From Prorocentrum cordatum (taxonomy: Eukaryota), in NCBI GenBank assembly GCA_963575745.1, contig CAUYUJ010000001.1:1612001-1676000 (forward strand): DNA of 64,000 nucleotides, read 5' to 3'. The notes beneath the pieces are model-generated. The model ran no database searches and had not been told where the DNA came from. It saw only the letters and a list, made by a program, of their open reading frames with translations. This document shows positions 48,920 through 60,999 of this stretch, piece after piece; position 1 is the stretch's first letter, and the number at the start of each line of letters is the position of its first letter. The translations under genes were made by a program, and so were the position numbers.

Positions 48920-49930
48920 CCCATGCGAGCAGCTATCAAGAAGATGCACGAGAGCCATTCACATGGGCCCTACAAGGAGTCACTGGTACGATACTTACAG
49001 CACGGTGGAGCTAGTCGACGAGCGGCGCAGGCAGCGCGACTCTGGAGATGCACAAGGTGTGGGTGTCAGGCTCGGACGGCAGCAAGACCTGCAGCGGTCC
49101 AGCCAAAGGTTAGAGACCTCCACGAGGCCTTTGACATGGATCTCATGCTCTTGCCCGACATGGACAATAACATGCAAGTGGTGCTTGTGATCGTGGATAT
49201 AGCATCGGGATTTACAGAGGCTATCTACACGTGTCCTGGATCCAGACCGACGGCAGAGTTGGCGAAAGAAGCTTTCGAGCTTGGGTGGCTGACCCGGGCT
49301 GGGCCACCTACTGCGGTTGAGCAGGTCCAGAGTTCGAGACACTGCGCAACGACCTCGGCCTGGTGGTCAAAAACGCTGCGCCATAAGCTCACTGGCGACT
49401 GAGCATGGTCGAGAGGAAGATACGTGACCTAAAGGAAATGGCGACGAGTGTCTTCAATGCTGGAGAAATTCGTGGCCAGGATTCAGTTGCAGCTGCAGTG
49501 CGAGGCGTGGCCGACGTGCGCAGCCATCTGGTTGGCACAGCGGGCTTTTCACCGCAGCAGTGGGCACTGGGATCTGGACATCGACTACCTGCGAGTCGGG
49601 TGAATCCCGACAACGACTCAGCAGTAGTTTCCAGGGTAGCTGAAAGAACATCGCTCTGGAATCGGCTACACCTTTAGCAGATATGCTCGGAAGCATTTTC
49701 AAGGCAGCTAACTCATCTTCTTTGAGGCGGGCAGTGCTGGCAAGGACGAGGCCCCAGCCGTGGCCCTTCCAGCAAGGTGATCTACTGATGTTCTGCCGAT
49801 CGGACAATCTAGACAGTAACTTTCATGCTCGATGGCGCGGACCTGCCAGGTGCTCGGGCAAGGGCGAGCATGGTTACTGGCGGAGTCACAGTCGGATCCC
49901 GATTCTGAGCTCACCACTGCGAAAAGCGAC
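48920..49930 (+). pseudogene. Copia integrase
   Basis: HHCC zinc motif (KMHESHSH...CTRC), FDMDL, VIVDIASGF, GWLTRAGPP, VERKIRDLK, GFSPQQWALG and RWRGPARC. Confidence 0.88.
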
Positions 49931-51189
49931 CGAGCACGACGTGGCGACCATGCCGCTCACCAACCTGATTTCAAACGGCAGGCCGGCCCGATCGCGAGCT
50001 TGACAGAGAGGCTTTATAGACACTCGAGGAGAACGATATTATCCAGCACGAGCTGCTCAGCAGCCAGATCAATCGCCTGATCGACAGCCAGGCCAACATC
50101 AAGATCAGCAGCCTCCAGAACGGCAGCAGGGAAATCATCGGCAGCTACCTGGACAGCAAGAAGCTCCACAACAGCAGCCAGTGCAAGAACAACCAGACAC
50201 ACCAGGAGCAGCACCAGCTCAAGGTGGTGCGGGTCATCCGAAGCAGTCGGACAGCAGAAAGAGACGATCGGATGCGCCGCGCGACAATGACGTGATGCCG
50301 ATGCGGCAGAGGCTGGGCGATGAGTACGAACCAGTGCCAGCTGATCAAGACCAAGCAGAGGAAGATCTGCGGGCGCGACTACGTCGAGCACACCAAGCCT
50401 GGGACACAATCCCGAGAGCAGTGGCATCCAGCTGTCAGGGCAAGACTTACCTGAGACAGCTGGACAACATCAGGAATGCACCTCTACTACCCGAACCGGC
50501 ACCGGGTTATCAGATCGAGAGGAGGCGGTTGTTCAATCTGGACACGCGCGACCTGGGCCCAGACATTTCGAGGGCGGACTGGCTAGCAAGCCCTCAGATC
50601 ATCGACGATGTGGCGGCGCAGCAACCGATCGCGGTCATCGAGGATGCCACGTCGATGAAGGAAGAAGGGGCTGAAGATGGACAGGGAGGTGACCGACAAC
50701 CTGCAGCCTCACAGCCTGGACCTCCAAGCGGTGGCAACGCCGACGAGATCATGGAGGAGCCGGAGCAGCCCGAGGAGGTGAAACGCGATGGTAAGAAGCA
50801 TTCTGTCAAGAAGGACCTGAAGCTCAAGCAGACCAAGAAGGATGATGCTCACGACGACCGAGCTCAATTTCAAGTACCTGCCATTATCCAGAGGAATATG
50901 GAAGAACGTGAGAAGGCAGAGGAGACGGCGGCAGCGCCGACCACAGCAATGGAACAGCAACAAGGGACAACAATATCGAGCACAAGACAGCCGGAGCAGC
51001 AGCAGGGCAGCATGCGCCAGGAACATCCCGCGACGTTTAAGGAGTTCTTGCTGGGCGACGTGCCCATCAGCATCAAGCGCGCGAAGGTGCGGACGGGACC
51101 AGTCAATCAGCTGGCAGAGACACCGCTCCTTGTCGAAGCATTCGTGGCCGAGCGGATGCGCGCGCAGCCGACAAGGGCTAACAAGCATC

Positions 51190-52230
51190 AGGAGATCAAC
51201 CTAAAGACGCTGGGCGGCGGCAAGCTCAAGTGGGAGAAGATGCAGAGTGCAGTGGAGAAGGAGTGGAATACTTGGTGCCAGTACGGTGCAGCAACCCACA
51301 TATCAGGGGCAGCGGTTGAGAATATTGACCCAGACAAGATCCTAAGCTCCAAGGTGGTCTGGGCGGACAAGGGCCCTGCGTCCTTTGAGCCTGTGGCGAG
51401 AACATGTGGACGGGGCTACAAGGAGGAGTTCGACGACAAGCTACGTCGAGACCCTCCTACAGTCTCAGCACAGGCGACGCTACTTCTGTGCAGCGTCGCA
51501 TCGAGCCTCGACTTGGACCTAAGCGTTGCAGATGCGAAGGAAGCCTCTCTACAAGGCACGGTGATCACACGCGAGCTCCACTTTCGGATCCCGACGGACC
51601 TTAGGAAGTGCATCATCCCAGGTGCTAAGGCAGGCGACCTGCTGAAGCTTGGCAAGAGCGCCCACGGGACCAACGATGCGGCGAGAGCTTGGTACGCGGC
51701 GCTGCGCGAGACGCTCGTGAAGCTTGGGTGGGAAGGCCTGAGCTTCGAGCCCGCGGCCTTCATCAAGCGCAACGAGGAGAACACGATTATCGGGATCATG
51801 TGTCTACACGTGGGCGACTTCCTCATGGTCATCAAGCAGGACGACCCTGATGGCGCCAACATCATGAAGGACCTTCAGAAGGATATTGACGTTGGCGAGG
51901 TCAAGGACGCGAGGCAGGAGAAGGCGGCGTTATGTGGCCGGGCCTATCAACAGGACACGGACGGCAGCATGAACGTCGCCATGGAGGCCTATGTGAAGTC
52001 TATGCTGATTGTTTTTTGTCAACCATGTATATTTTTTCGCTGAGCGCAGCAAACACCTGACAGTGCACTTGCCCCTGCAGAGCATCGAGGACTACGAAGG
52101 ATGGTTGGACAACAGCAGCGGGCTGCGCGAATGATTTGCTTCGCAGAGGCCTTCGAGGCATCCCGATTGGCATCGACGCTGGGAGCTCCCACGGTGAAGG
52201 ACCTGCAGGACGGGAATGCATCTATCAGGT
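51190..52230 (+). pseudogene. Copia reverse transcriptase (RVT_2-type; catalytic motif HVGD)
   Basis: AVEKEWNTW, ARTCGRGY, DPPT, ADAKEASLQG, LGKSAHGTNDAARAWY and CLHVGDFL within ORF 50181-52043. Confidence 0.92.
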
Positions 52231-52289
52231 GAATCCAGAAGCGGGGCGACCTATTGATCGAGTTCACAGTTGGCCTGAACCTGTGGAAG

Positions 52290-52590
52290 GCCATGGTGAT
52301 CAACGTGACCGACAGTGCTTTCGACAACCTGCCGAAGCACAGATCGCAACGAGGACGCTGCATCATGCTAGGTGACGAGAGGATTAATGAGGACCACGGC
52401 AGCAAGTACAAACTACGTTGCATTGGGTGGCAGTCTTCAATGATTCAACGAGTGGTGCGATCTATTCTATCGGCGGAGGCATACTCCTGTGCAGATTCGG
52501 TGGATAGGCTGATTTGGACAAAGTCAACCTTGGCGAAGGTTCTATACCCAGAGATGGATGCTGCTAGCGGACAAATTGACGAAATTGCTT
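52290..52590 (+). pseudogene. Copia RNase H (internally deleted)
   Basis: VTDSAF..SQRG, WQSSMIQRVVRSILSAEAYS and LADKLTK. Confidence 0.88.
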
Positions 52591-53529
52591 CCAGGAGGCT
52601 ACGCGAGGAAGATTGTGATATCTAACTTGTGGACTCTTGGGCCTGATGACAGAGCACCATCAATGCGCGGACGGAGGCTCGTTGGACCAGAGAAGGTGGC
52701 AGCCAACAAGGAGGTCGACGACCTGAACGCGAAGTTGGCTAAGTACGTCCAGCAAGAGCTGCACGACGACACCGATGGGAGCGATGAGATATCTACCTGG
52801 CCGGTGGGGACGTACAACTATGTCGAAGAATGCTTCTACGATGACAAGGACGAAAATCATGACGAGACCGACACTATACATGGACGGCGCGGTGGACATT
52901 GCCCAGTGGATAGGAGTGGCGCGCGGCGAACCATCCAAGTACCTGGCCAAGTTGCAGTTATGTCTCAGTTCTGCTCACATGCAGTGTATGGAGTGTGTCC
53001 TTCGATGTCTCCTTCGGCGGTGACGCTGGTTTCTATTTGTGCGGGAGTCATCGGGCTTATCTACAGAATGCAACCTAAGCAGAGTGGCGACGAGGATTTC
53101 GGCATGGCACCGATGGAGGTGGACAGTTCAAGCAGCGACAACCTTTTTGGGCAGAGGTGCCCTGGCAGGCAAAACTCAAGACAGCTACACTGCGCCTGAA
53201 GGCTGAGCCCGAGGTGGAGACGTACTCCGACGAGGTCACGGAGGATGGACATATCTACCTGGGGGACAGTGCTCTCCTGAGGCAGTTTTTGGCTACACTG
53301 GGACCGATGCACATCAAGAGTGGCAGATGCGAGGGCAGCATCTTCGCACATATATATATGTATATATGTGTATATATATATATATAGATTGCAAGGACAA
53401 GCGCTACGCCAATTGCTTGGGCTGGTGTCTGAAGCTGGACGCAGACGAGAGCAGGGGCTACAGTCTGGATCCGAGCATCAAGACTTACATCGCCTACAGC
53501 ATCATCAATGCAGCTAAGTTACGCTGAGA

Positions 53530-53730
53530 TGTCACTACCAACTTTGCCTCGGCGTTGGGTCGTGGAGAGATGGCATTGACATTTCACGACCAACTTTGTG
53601 TTTACGTTGGGTGGTGGAAGAGATTGTGTCGACATTGATCTGCCAACTTTGTGTTTACGTTGGGTGGTGGAAGCGGTTGCATGCTATTCACTACCAATTT
53701 GTTGTTTTCGTTGGTCGGTTGAGGAGATTG
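53530..53730 (+). repeat. About 53-bp tandem repeat in the copia 3' UTR (about 4 copies)
   Basis: CCAACTTTGTGTTTACGTTGGGTGGTGGAAG recurs. Confidence 0.8.
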
Positions 53731-54010
53731 CGTGCGCACCCTCTCTGGTGAAGGGAAGATGGGTGCACGCCCTCATATGACTGGATTATGTTTGTACCAA
53801 CATTTATTTTGCAATGTGGACATTTGTTGCTGGAGATTCGATTGGGTATCTTGATCTTTGCTGGTCAATATTTGAAATGATATCTTGGTCGATGTCGTTC
53901 GGCGTGCGGGCGGCTTTTGGCCGGTCGAGCCGACAGGCACATTCCTGATTATTCTGGATGCTTGTTTCAGAGTTAGCCGCGCAATCTTCGGCGACGGTTT
54001 CTTTTTCTTG

Positions 54011-54225
54011 TGTGAAAATCAGATAGGCGAGGACGTGCTATTCAGGGTGCTAATGAATTCTATACCCCTTCCGGCTATGGTCGTTGTGGCCCATGAGCTG
54101 GGCGGGAGGGTGGACGCGCCCGCTCGCGTTTTGCTTTGAACACGGAGATAAATAGATCTTATCTTTCTTATCTCGCGCTTGCACCAAGTGCTTGGCGGGG
54201 GGGGGGGGGGGGGTCCGCGTTTGCA
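54011..54225 (+). repeat. 3' LTR
   Basis: TGTGAAAATCAGATAGGCGAGGA...TTTGCA; roughly three-quarters identical to the 5' LTR by eye. Confidence 0.88.
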
Positions 54226-54679
54226 AGGCTCGGCGCGCAGGGTGGCCTAGAGACGCAGCAGGCGCCAGCACCAGCGCCATAATCGGAGCCCAACGCCCGA
54301 GGCCCAGAGTTGCCAGACAGAAAAATCCCCGCTCCAGGGCGAGACGATCAACCCGCAAGCCAGCGCCCTGGACCAAAATTAGCCTGGCGAGGGGCCCGAC
54401 CATGCGCAGCTGTTAGTACCGCATCAGTGAATGTCGTTTTCGGTGGAGCTCCTCATGGGGGCGCGAACCGAGTGAGGGGTGTGCCAAAGTGGGATGGCGG
54501 CGGCGCGCGGGCGCTGCCGCTGGGGCTTTCGGTGGAGCTCCCTATAGGGCCTTTCGGCGTGTCTCCCTCTGTCCGTGATCTGTTTGATGGGGGGTATCGA
54601 GACATGCTAGACCGTCTAACATTGTCCTTCTCCCCTTTTTCTCCCTCTGCGCAGGCGCGCCCCAAAGCCCAAGGCTGCG

Positions 54680-55090
54680 GGCGCAGCGCAGCGCGGAGCC
54701 CCCGCGACGAGCGCTGGTCGCCCCGAAGGGGTCCCAGCGACGCGCGCGGGTCGTCCGCTGCACGGAGCACAGAGAGCTAGCTGGCTGATTGCGGGCGCGG
54801 CTTTGGCTCTTCGGCAGAGCGACGACTGGCGAGCGAGGCGCTGGTCAGCGCGCAGCATGGAGTTCCCGCGACGCGCGCGGGTCGCCCCAAGAGTGTCCCA
54901 GTGACGCGCGCGGGTCGTCCGCTGCGCGGAGCAAAGAGAGCTAGCTGGCTGATTGCGGGCGCGGCTCTGGTTGCTCGGCAGAGCGACGACTGGCGAGCGA
55001 GGCGCTGGTCAGCGCGCAGCATGGAGTTCCCGCGACGCGCGCTGGTCGCCCCAGGAGTGCTCCAGCGACGCGCGCGTGTCGTCCGCGGCG
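54680..55090 (+). repeat. About 165-bp tandem repeat (about 2.5 copies)
   Basis: AGAGAGCTAGCTGGCTGATTGCGGGCGCGGCT...CAGCATGGAGTTCCCGCGACGCGCG occurs at about 54771 and 54935. Confidence 0.9.
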
Positions 55091-55159
55091 CGGGGCCAAA
55101 CAGTCAGACCGTCGAGAGAAGGCGATGTTCGGGCGGGCCGCTCCCCCGGTCAGGCCTCG

Positions 55160-55640
55160 CGGATTTATCCGCGAAGCACGGATCCCTGGCGAGGGCCCTT
55201 GCCTCTTTCTGGCACCGCTTCGTGCGCGCCGCAAACTGCTCCAGCTGCTTCCGCAAGCCCTCCGGCGGCCCGCCAGGGAGATCTCGATCCGCGGCGCCCG
55301 CGTGAGCAGGAGGTCCTCGTGGCGCGTGGCGCGCGAGAGCAGCGCGTAGAGGCCAGTCGTCGTCCTCCATCTTGCCGTTTCCGACCTCGCGGCGGCCGCT
55401 GTCCAGGATCGCGCTTGGGCGACGTCGGCCGAGGGGGCGGCGCGCGGGACAGCGGGCGGCCCGGGGCGAGAGTCGACAGGGCCGAGAGAAGGTCTGGCTG
55501 CGGAACACCAGCGGGCCCGCGAGGTCCCCCGTGAGGCTGTCGTCGTGGCGCATCAGGTCGTCCACGAAGGGCGCGCCCGCGCATTTTTCCATGCGCGCCC
55601 AGACCCCCCGCGGCAAATGCCTCATGTAGATCCTGTAGGG
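55160..55640 (-). pseudogene. Probable C-terminal fragment of a PIF1-family helicase (Helitron-type)
   Basis: Across frameshifts it reads IYMRHLPRGVWARMEK...AILDSGR..KMEDDDW / LYALLSRATRHEDLLLTR / GPPEGLRKQLEQF. YALLSR resembles the SF1B helicase motif VI (YVALSR). Confidence 0.5.
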
Positions 55641-55674
55641 ATATGGGCCCACTAAGCGCGTGAAAGGTTTGCTC

Positions 55675-56462
55675 CTTATGGGGCCACGAAGCGCTGTAAC
55701 GAGCGCAGAAACTGGGCGCAGGACTCTCGTGCGAGTTCAACCAATGGGACCTTCGGTGGAGCTTCCTACGAGGCCACGCAGCGTTGCACTGGGCGCAGGA
55801 ACACCGTGCGAGTTCCGCCGTTGGGACCTTGGGTGGAGTTCCTTATGGAGCCACGAAACACCGCACTGGGCGCAGGAACCGCATGCGAGTTCCGCCACTG
55901 GGACCTTCGGTGGAGCTCCCTATGCGGCCACGAAGCGCTGTACTGGGCGCAGGAACCACATGCGAGTTCTGCCACCGGGACCTTCGGTGGAGCTCCCTTT
56001 GAGGCCACGAAACACCGCACTGGGCGTAGGAACCGCATGCGAGTTCCACCAGTATGACATTTGGTGGAGCTCCTATGGGGCCACGAAGCAATGCATTGGG
56101 CGCAGGAATTGCACGCGAGTTCCGCCACTGGGTTTTTTTTCCATATCGGGCCACGAAACGCTGTACTGAGCGCAGGAGCCGCATGCAAGTTCCGCCACTG
56201 GGACCTTCGGTGGGGCTCCCTATGATGGGGGGCCTCGATGCGCTGTTTCGGGAGCAGGAACCGCATTCGAGTTCCGCCTTTGGGACCTTCGGTCGAGCTA
56301 CCTATGGGGCCACGAAACACCACAATGGGCGCAGGAACCACATGCGAGTTTTGCCATTGGGACCTACTGTGGAACCCCCATGGGGCCACGAAGCGTTGTC
56401 GTGGGCCCAGGAGTCGCATGCAAGCTCCGCCACTGGGACCTTCGGTTGAGTTCCCTACGGGG
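55675..56462 (+). repeat. About 77-bp minisatellite (about 10 copies; related units at 54440-54550)
   Basis: GGGCCACGAAGCGCTGTACTGGGCGCAGGAACCGCATGCGAGTTCCGCCACTGGGACCTTCGGTGGAGCTCCCTAT is repeated. Confidence 0.93.
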
Positions 56463-56629
56463 TTCTAAACGCTGTATTGGACGCTAGAAACGCATTCATG
56501 TTGGTGATGATGATGATCATCAGCGTCATAATGAGAACGATGATGGTGGGAGGGGGAAGGGAAGAAGGCGAGGAGGAAGGAGGGAGGAGGGACGCGGGGC
56601 GCTGTTTTTTTCCACAGGATGGTTGGGAA

Positions 56630-56820
56630 TACGAGAAAATCGGCGTAAACATAAACTGTCGACGGTCTGGGCGGATTTCTTGGATCTGCGTTGGACCCCC
56701 TACCTGGCGCACGGAGCGCGCCAGGGGCGGCGCCGGAGGCGCCACCAGGGGGTCCTTAGCGCCGACCCAAGAAATCCGCGCGGATCGTCTAAAGTTCACG
56801 TTTATGCCGCTTGTTCCTCT
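56630..56820. mobile_element. Fold-back MITE-like element
   Basis: CGGCGTAAACATAAACT..GCGGATTTCTTGG..GGACCCCCT pairs imperfectly with AGGGGGTCC..CCAAGAAATCCGC..AGTTCACGTTTATGCCG. Confidence 0.75.
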
Positions 56821-57049
56821 TCTATGAACACATCTACCTCCTCCGTCCTCGTTCCTTCCTTCGCGGCCGATCCCGCCGCTCTCATATCTCCTCGTCGCCA
56901 CGGACGGATATTCGCCTCGAAGTCTCCTGGCCGCGGCGCGCCCCAGGAGAGAGCCCCGCGGAACAGCGGTCTGGGCATTTTGCCGGCCCTGGTGATCCTG
57001 CGGGGAGGCTCGGCACGCATGGCTGCCTGGAGAATGGGGGTATTCGAGT

Positions 57050-57215
57050 AGAGGAACGACTACAGAGTTCATTTACCCCAGGATCAGTCTTCTCGTCGAA
57101 TCTGCGAAAACATATTCCGAATTCTCAGGGGGTGTGCGGAAATTCGACGTATTCGCCGTAGATTCGATGGGAAAATCTATTTTCGAGTAGATGAATTCTG
57201 TAGTCGATCCCTTCC
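57050..57215. mobile_element. MITE-like family C, copy 2
   Basis: CGACTACAGAGTTCATTTAC / GTAGATGAATTCTGTAGTCG, with an inner TCGAATCT/AGATTCGA. Confidence 0.7.
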
Positions 57216-57319
57216 TTATTCGATGTATGCCGATACCACTGTTCATCCCTCGTCGCCACGGCTGGATTCAGTCATGTATCGGTCGCTGGTCGGGAAGGTC
57301 ACGCGCTGCGCAGCGGCAT

Positions 57320-58320
57320 TCCCGCAGGAGGGGGATGGTGCAGGGGAGGGGGAGGCGATCACGCGTCTGTGAACTTCTGCCTTGTGAGCGTGCCATGTTG
57401 GGCAGGCCGAAAGTAGTCCGTGACGTCATCACACTCACTGTCAGCCGCCCCCGCGTTTTTGACGAAGCTGTGGGCCCCGTGTGGCTGAGGGGGGCTCGAC
57501 TTGTCGCCCCAAGCACTCTGAGGCCAAGTCCTCGAGCCTTCTGCGGGTTTGAGGTTCGTCATCTCGAGGCTTCTCTGGAGGGGCCACGGTCCTCTGGGCG
57601 CCCGCTCCCACGCTGTGGGGAGCTCCTCTGCGGAAGATGCTCGTTTCGGCGCTCCAGCTGGGATCGGACGCCTGAGCACAATGCACGCCAAGCGCGGGAG
57701 GCCGTTACTCCAGGAGGTGCCGCCCTGGAGACGTCGTGAGCTGCAGATCTGGGGACACCTCAAGACGACGGCACTGACTCGAAGATCCTGCCCCGAACCT
57801 GCGTTGTGCTACGGTCAGGAGCTTTGGTGTAGCGTATCGTTCCGTCGGTTGTGGCCCACCACGCCTCGGCGCGACACGCGAAACGACGCCCCAGTCCCCG
57901 AGCATCCACGTCCCGAGCCTTTCTCAGCCTCCCTACCCGCGAGGCAGAGCGACACACCATCCGCTCGCAGGGCACAGCGTGTCGCTGGGGCTGCCGCCGT
58001 GACACGCTGAGCAACAGTTCCTGACCGCGCCTCTGGCGGTCCTCGGCCTGTGGTCTGCCGGCGGAGAGGCCGCCGTTCCGTGGCACCCCGGCAGGCGCAG
58101 GCGCTCGGCTCCGCGAAGAAGGCCGCCGGCTCCGTCCAGACCCTGGAGGTGCTCGACTCGGCGCACATGCGCTGGGCCGGCCACCGCGCCAGGGAACCGG
58201 GGATCCGCAGCAGCCTGGCGGCCACGGCCCACAACGGGACCCGGCACGCGGACCTGCGCGCGCGCCAGGCGCGGAGAGCCAGCGCGGAAGTCGCTCGGGG
58301 GGCCCAGGTCGCCGACCACG
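57320..58320 (+). pseudogene. Decayed LINE RT/thumb-region remnant
   Basis: GMVQG, PALCYGQELW (LxYGxExW) and HMRWAGHRAR (LRWAGHxxR). Confidence 0.6.
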
Positions 58321-60999
58321 TTTGTTTTTCTCGCTCCGGGCGTTTTCCCCTCGGTTTCGGCCACGCGGGGCCTGCCATCGGGCCCCAGGACGAGCAAGAA
58401 CGGATCGGGGGCGAAAAGGTGGCCCCACGGAAGGGGCCGTGATTTCCGTGGCCGCGCATCGACGAATTCACACCGGCGGATGCCAGGGGGTGGGAAGGGT
58501 GGTGGTGTCGAGATGTTGTAAAAGGGAGCAATTCGGGTCAGGAAGGGGCTCGATGTTCCCTGGGTCCTTCCATGGCGCCTCCTCCACCTCGCCTCGTGCG
58601 CACCTGGGCGCTTCTGGCTGGCCAGAAAGGTGCTTAGCTCCTCCTCGGAGGGAAGACCAGAGGGTGGCTGGCCGCCGTCTTCCTCCGCGGGTCTTCCGTC
58701 GGGGATATTCCGTGCACTTCACCGAGGCGCCCCCCCCAACAAACAGAGGGGATAGCAGAACACGGCGAACACGGGGAGGGTCAGACCGGCGAGCTCTTCA
58801 GTGAAGAAATCATGTGAACAGCAAGTGCAAACTTCAGTAGTTTCAATTCTCCAGCGGGGCCACTGAGTTCTTGACGCTTCGCGTATCCCAACCAGAGAGT
58901 CCTTGTGAGTGAGGCCTCCTCCTGTTCCCCCCTTCTCCTGCCGCCGCTCGCGCCCGCCGCCTTTCCCCGTTCCTTCGCCTCCTCGTCGTGTTGGACGGTG
59001 CGGCCTCACTGGCCCCTCCGTGCCGCCACAGCGCGGCGTGACCCACGCCCTTACGCGCTGGTCGGTACGGACTGAGCTGGCGCCACTGTGCGACTTCTCC
59101 TCCGTCTGTCACCTTTTGATGCCTGCGTCCCCGCTTCCGGGTCGCCTGCGTTTTAATGGGGGGCATTTTGTCCCTGGCACGTGCGCCCGCTGCGTCGGCC
59201 TATGCGCCGTCGCCGCTAATCATCTCGCCCTGTGCCCCAGCCGAGACCGTCCCGCTTCCTGGATCTGTCCTTGTGAGCCGCCAATCAAAAAAGTAGCCCA
59301 ACCAGCGGCGTTTGGTCCGTAGATACAGAACAGGTCGCGACATCTCCTGGCGTGCAGGATCCAATTCACCCACACGTGTGCAGCAGCTACCCTGGCCGTT
59401 TGCAGTCAGCTCAGCCAGCTCAGCCTCAGCCAGCTGCCTCCCCGGCGGTAGGTTATGATTCCTTGCTCGGTCGCTGTGGTTGTTGGCTCGCGCGTAGGTC
59501 TTCCCCTCACGCCGTAGGCGGCCTCGCCCGCGCGTGTAAATTAGATCGGCCCGTGGCCCGGACCTTTCAACTCGGCGCCTGCGCTTTCGGTTGCGCCCGC
59601 GAGGAAAATATCCCAACCAGCACATCCAGAAACGATGCCATGCGAGTTGCCTTGACAAGGGAGGTCTGGGAGTAAGCAGTGGAACATAGAGAAGGGGAAA
59701 CCATCAACACGAAGCTAGATATTTGCCCGAGCATATCCAAGAGTCAACCATCAATGCCTTCGTGCATCCTCCGGTCAGGGGGCATATTTGCTGCTTATTT
59801 GGAGCATTTCGGGGCCACTTGGGAGGCATAGGTCTCTTGGGGCTCTCTTGGGATCCTCCTGGGGGCCTTCGGCTTCTCCTGACGTGATCCAGTACGCCAT
59901 CAATCAAACAATGGGGGACCTAGTTCGCGTTGCTCCTTCGGAGCTCGACACATCGCCTCCTAGGGCTCTCTTGGGACGCTTATGGGCGCCCCGGGGGCCG
60001 TATCGAGACTCCTCTTGGCTCTTCCTGGGGCTTTCTTGGGAGCTCTGAGGGTCATCCTCAGGCATCCCAAAATCATGGGAACGGACAGAACAATTATTTG
60101 AAACAGTTTAGGCTTGTTGGTTAAAAAGGTCTGCGGACTCTTGTAGGCATCGTAAGGTGACTCAATGGCTTGGGGGGGTCTAGAGGCATCTAGGTTGCAT
60201 GTTCAAACGCACTTGAGCCATCTTAGGATAGCCTGTACCATCTTGGAAGCCATCTTGGACGCCCTGGTGCGTTGCGGGGGCGGTGGGGGCGTCCAGATCC
60301 ACGGGAGGGAGTATGGGGGAGGGTCAAACTACCCACAAGCCGCAAACCGTCTCGATCACTTTCACCCGACCTCCCAACAGCACCCGAATCTCGGCATGGG
60401 CACGGGCCGCCGTCGACAACCATCGGGGACCCTTGGCATCGCTCGGACGTGTGCTCTTTGTCTCCGGCGAGGACCATCGAGGAGCATCCTGGATCATCTG
60501 GCAACAAAAAAAAAACACGCGCGAATCCGAACCAGGCATGGGAAAAAAGGATATCGGAAGCAATCGCCCCCGTAAATGACCCACGCCCAGACGATTGTTT
60601 GGATTTCGCGTCGGGGCCCCCCGCCCTCGCTCACCATCCATAAGTTGGATGCCCCTTAGGCAAAACCAGCAGACCCCGCCACTGCCATTCGAATTCCAGT
60701 GAGGCGCACATCCGACATCGTTGTCAAGCCCAGTCCGACCAGAACCAGCCCGTTCGACGACATACCATAGCCTCGCATCCTCGACGCGCTCGCAGCACAC
60801 TGTGTGGCTACCCTTTTGGGCGGTTTCGAAAGATCGCCGCACAGAGTGCTGCGCTGACGCGGTCGTGGGTTAACCGCAGGCACAGGGATGATCACACCCC
60901 GGCGGCGGAAACTTGTGAACAGCATCGTTACAGCATCAAGAAAGCGTTTACATGAATAGCACATGCGGGGATCCACACAGGATACTGAAAGGGGTGACC

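Larger units (their letters stand above)
45168..54225 (+). mobile_element. Full-length, decayed Ty1/copia LTR retrotransposon
   Basis: Two LTRs (TG...CA), TSD AGGC (45164-45167, 54226-54229) and a PBS. Domain order is gag-PR-(MTase-like)-INT-RT-RNase H, and INT before RT is diagnostic of copia. Confidence 0.93.

Noticed and set aside
50181..52043. 620-aa ORF as a functional gene
   Set aside because: The catalytic motif is HVGD and the neighbouring domains are frameshifted, so it is a pseudogenised pol segment.
44895..54418. Outer TIR element (TACTAAGCAGC / GCTGTTAGTA) hosting the copia
   Set aside because: The match is short and gapped, and no TSD is evident.
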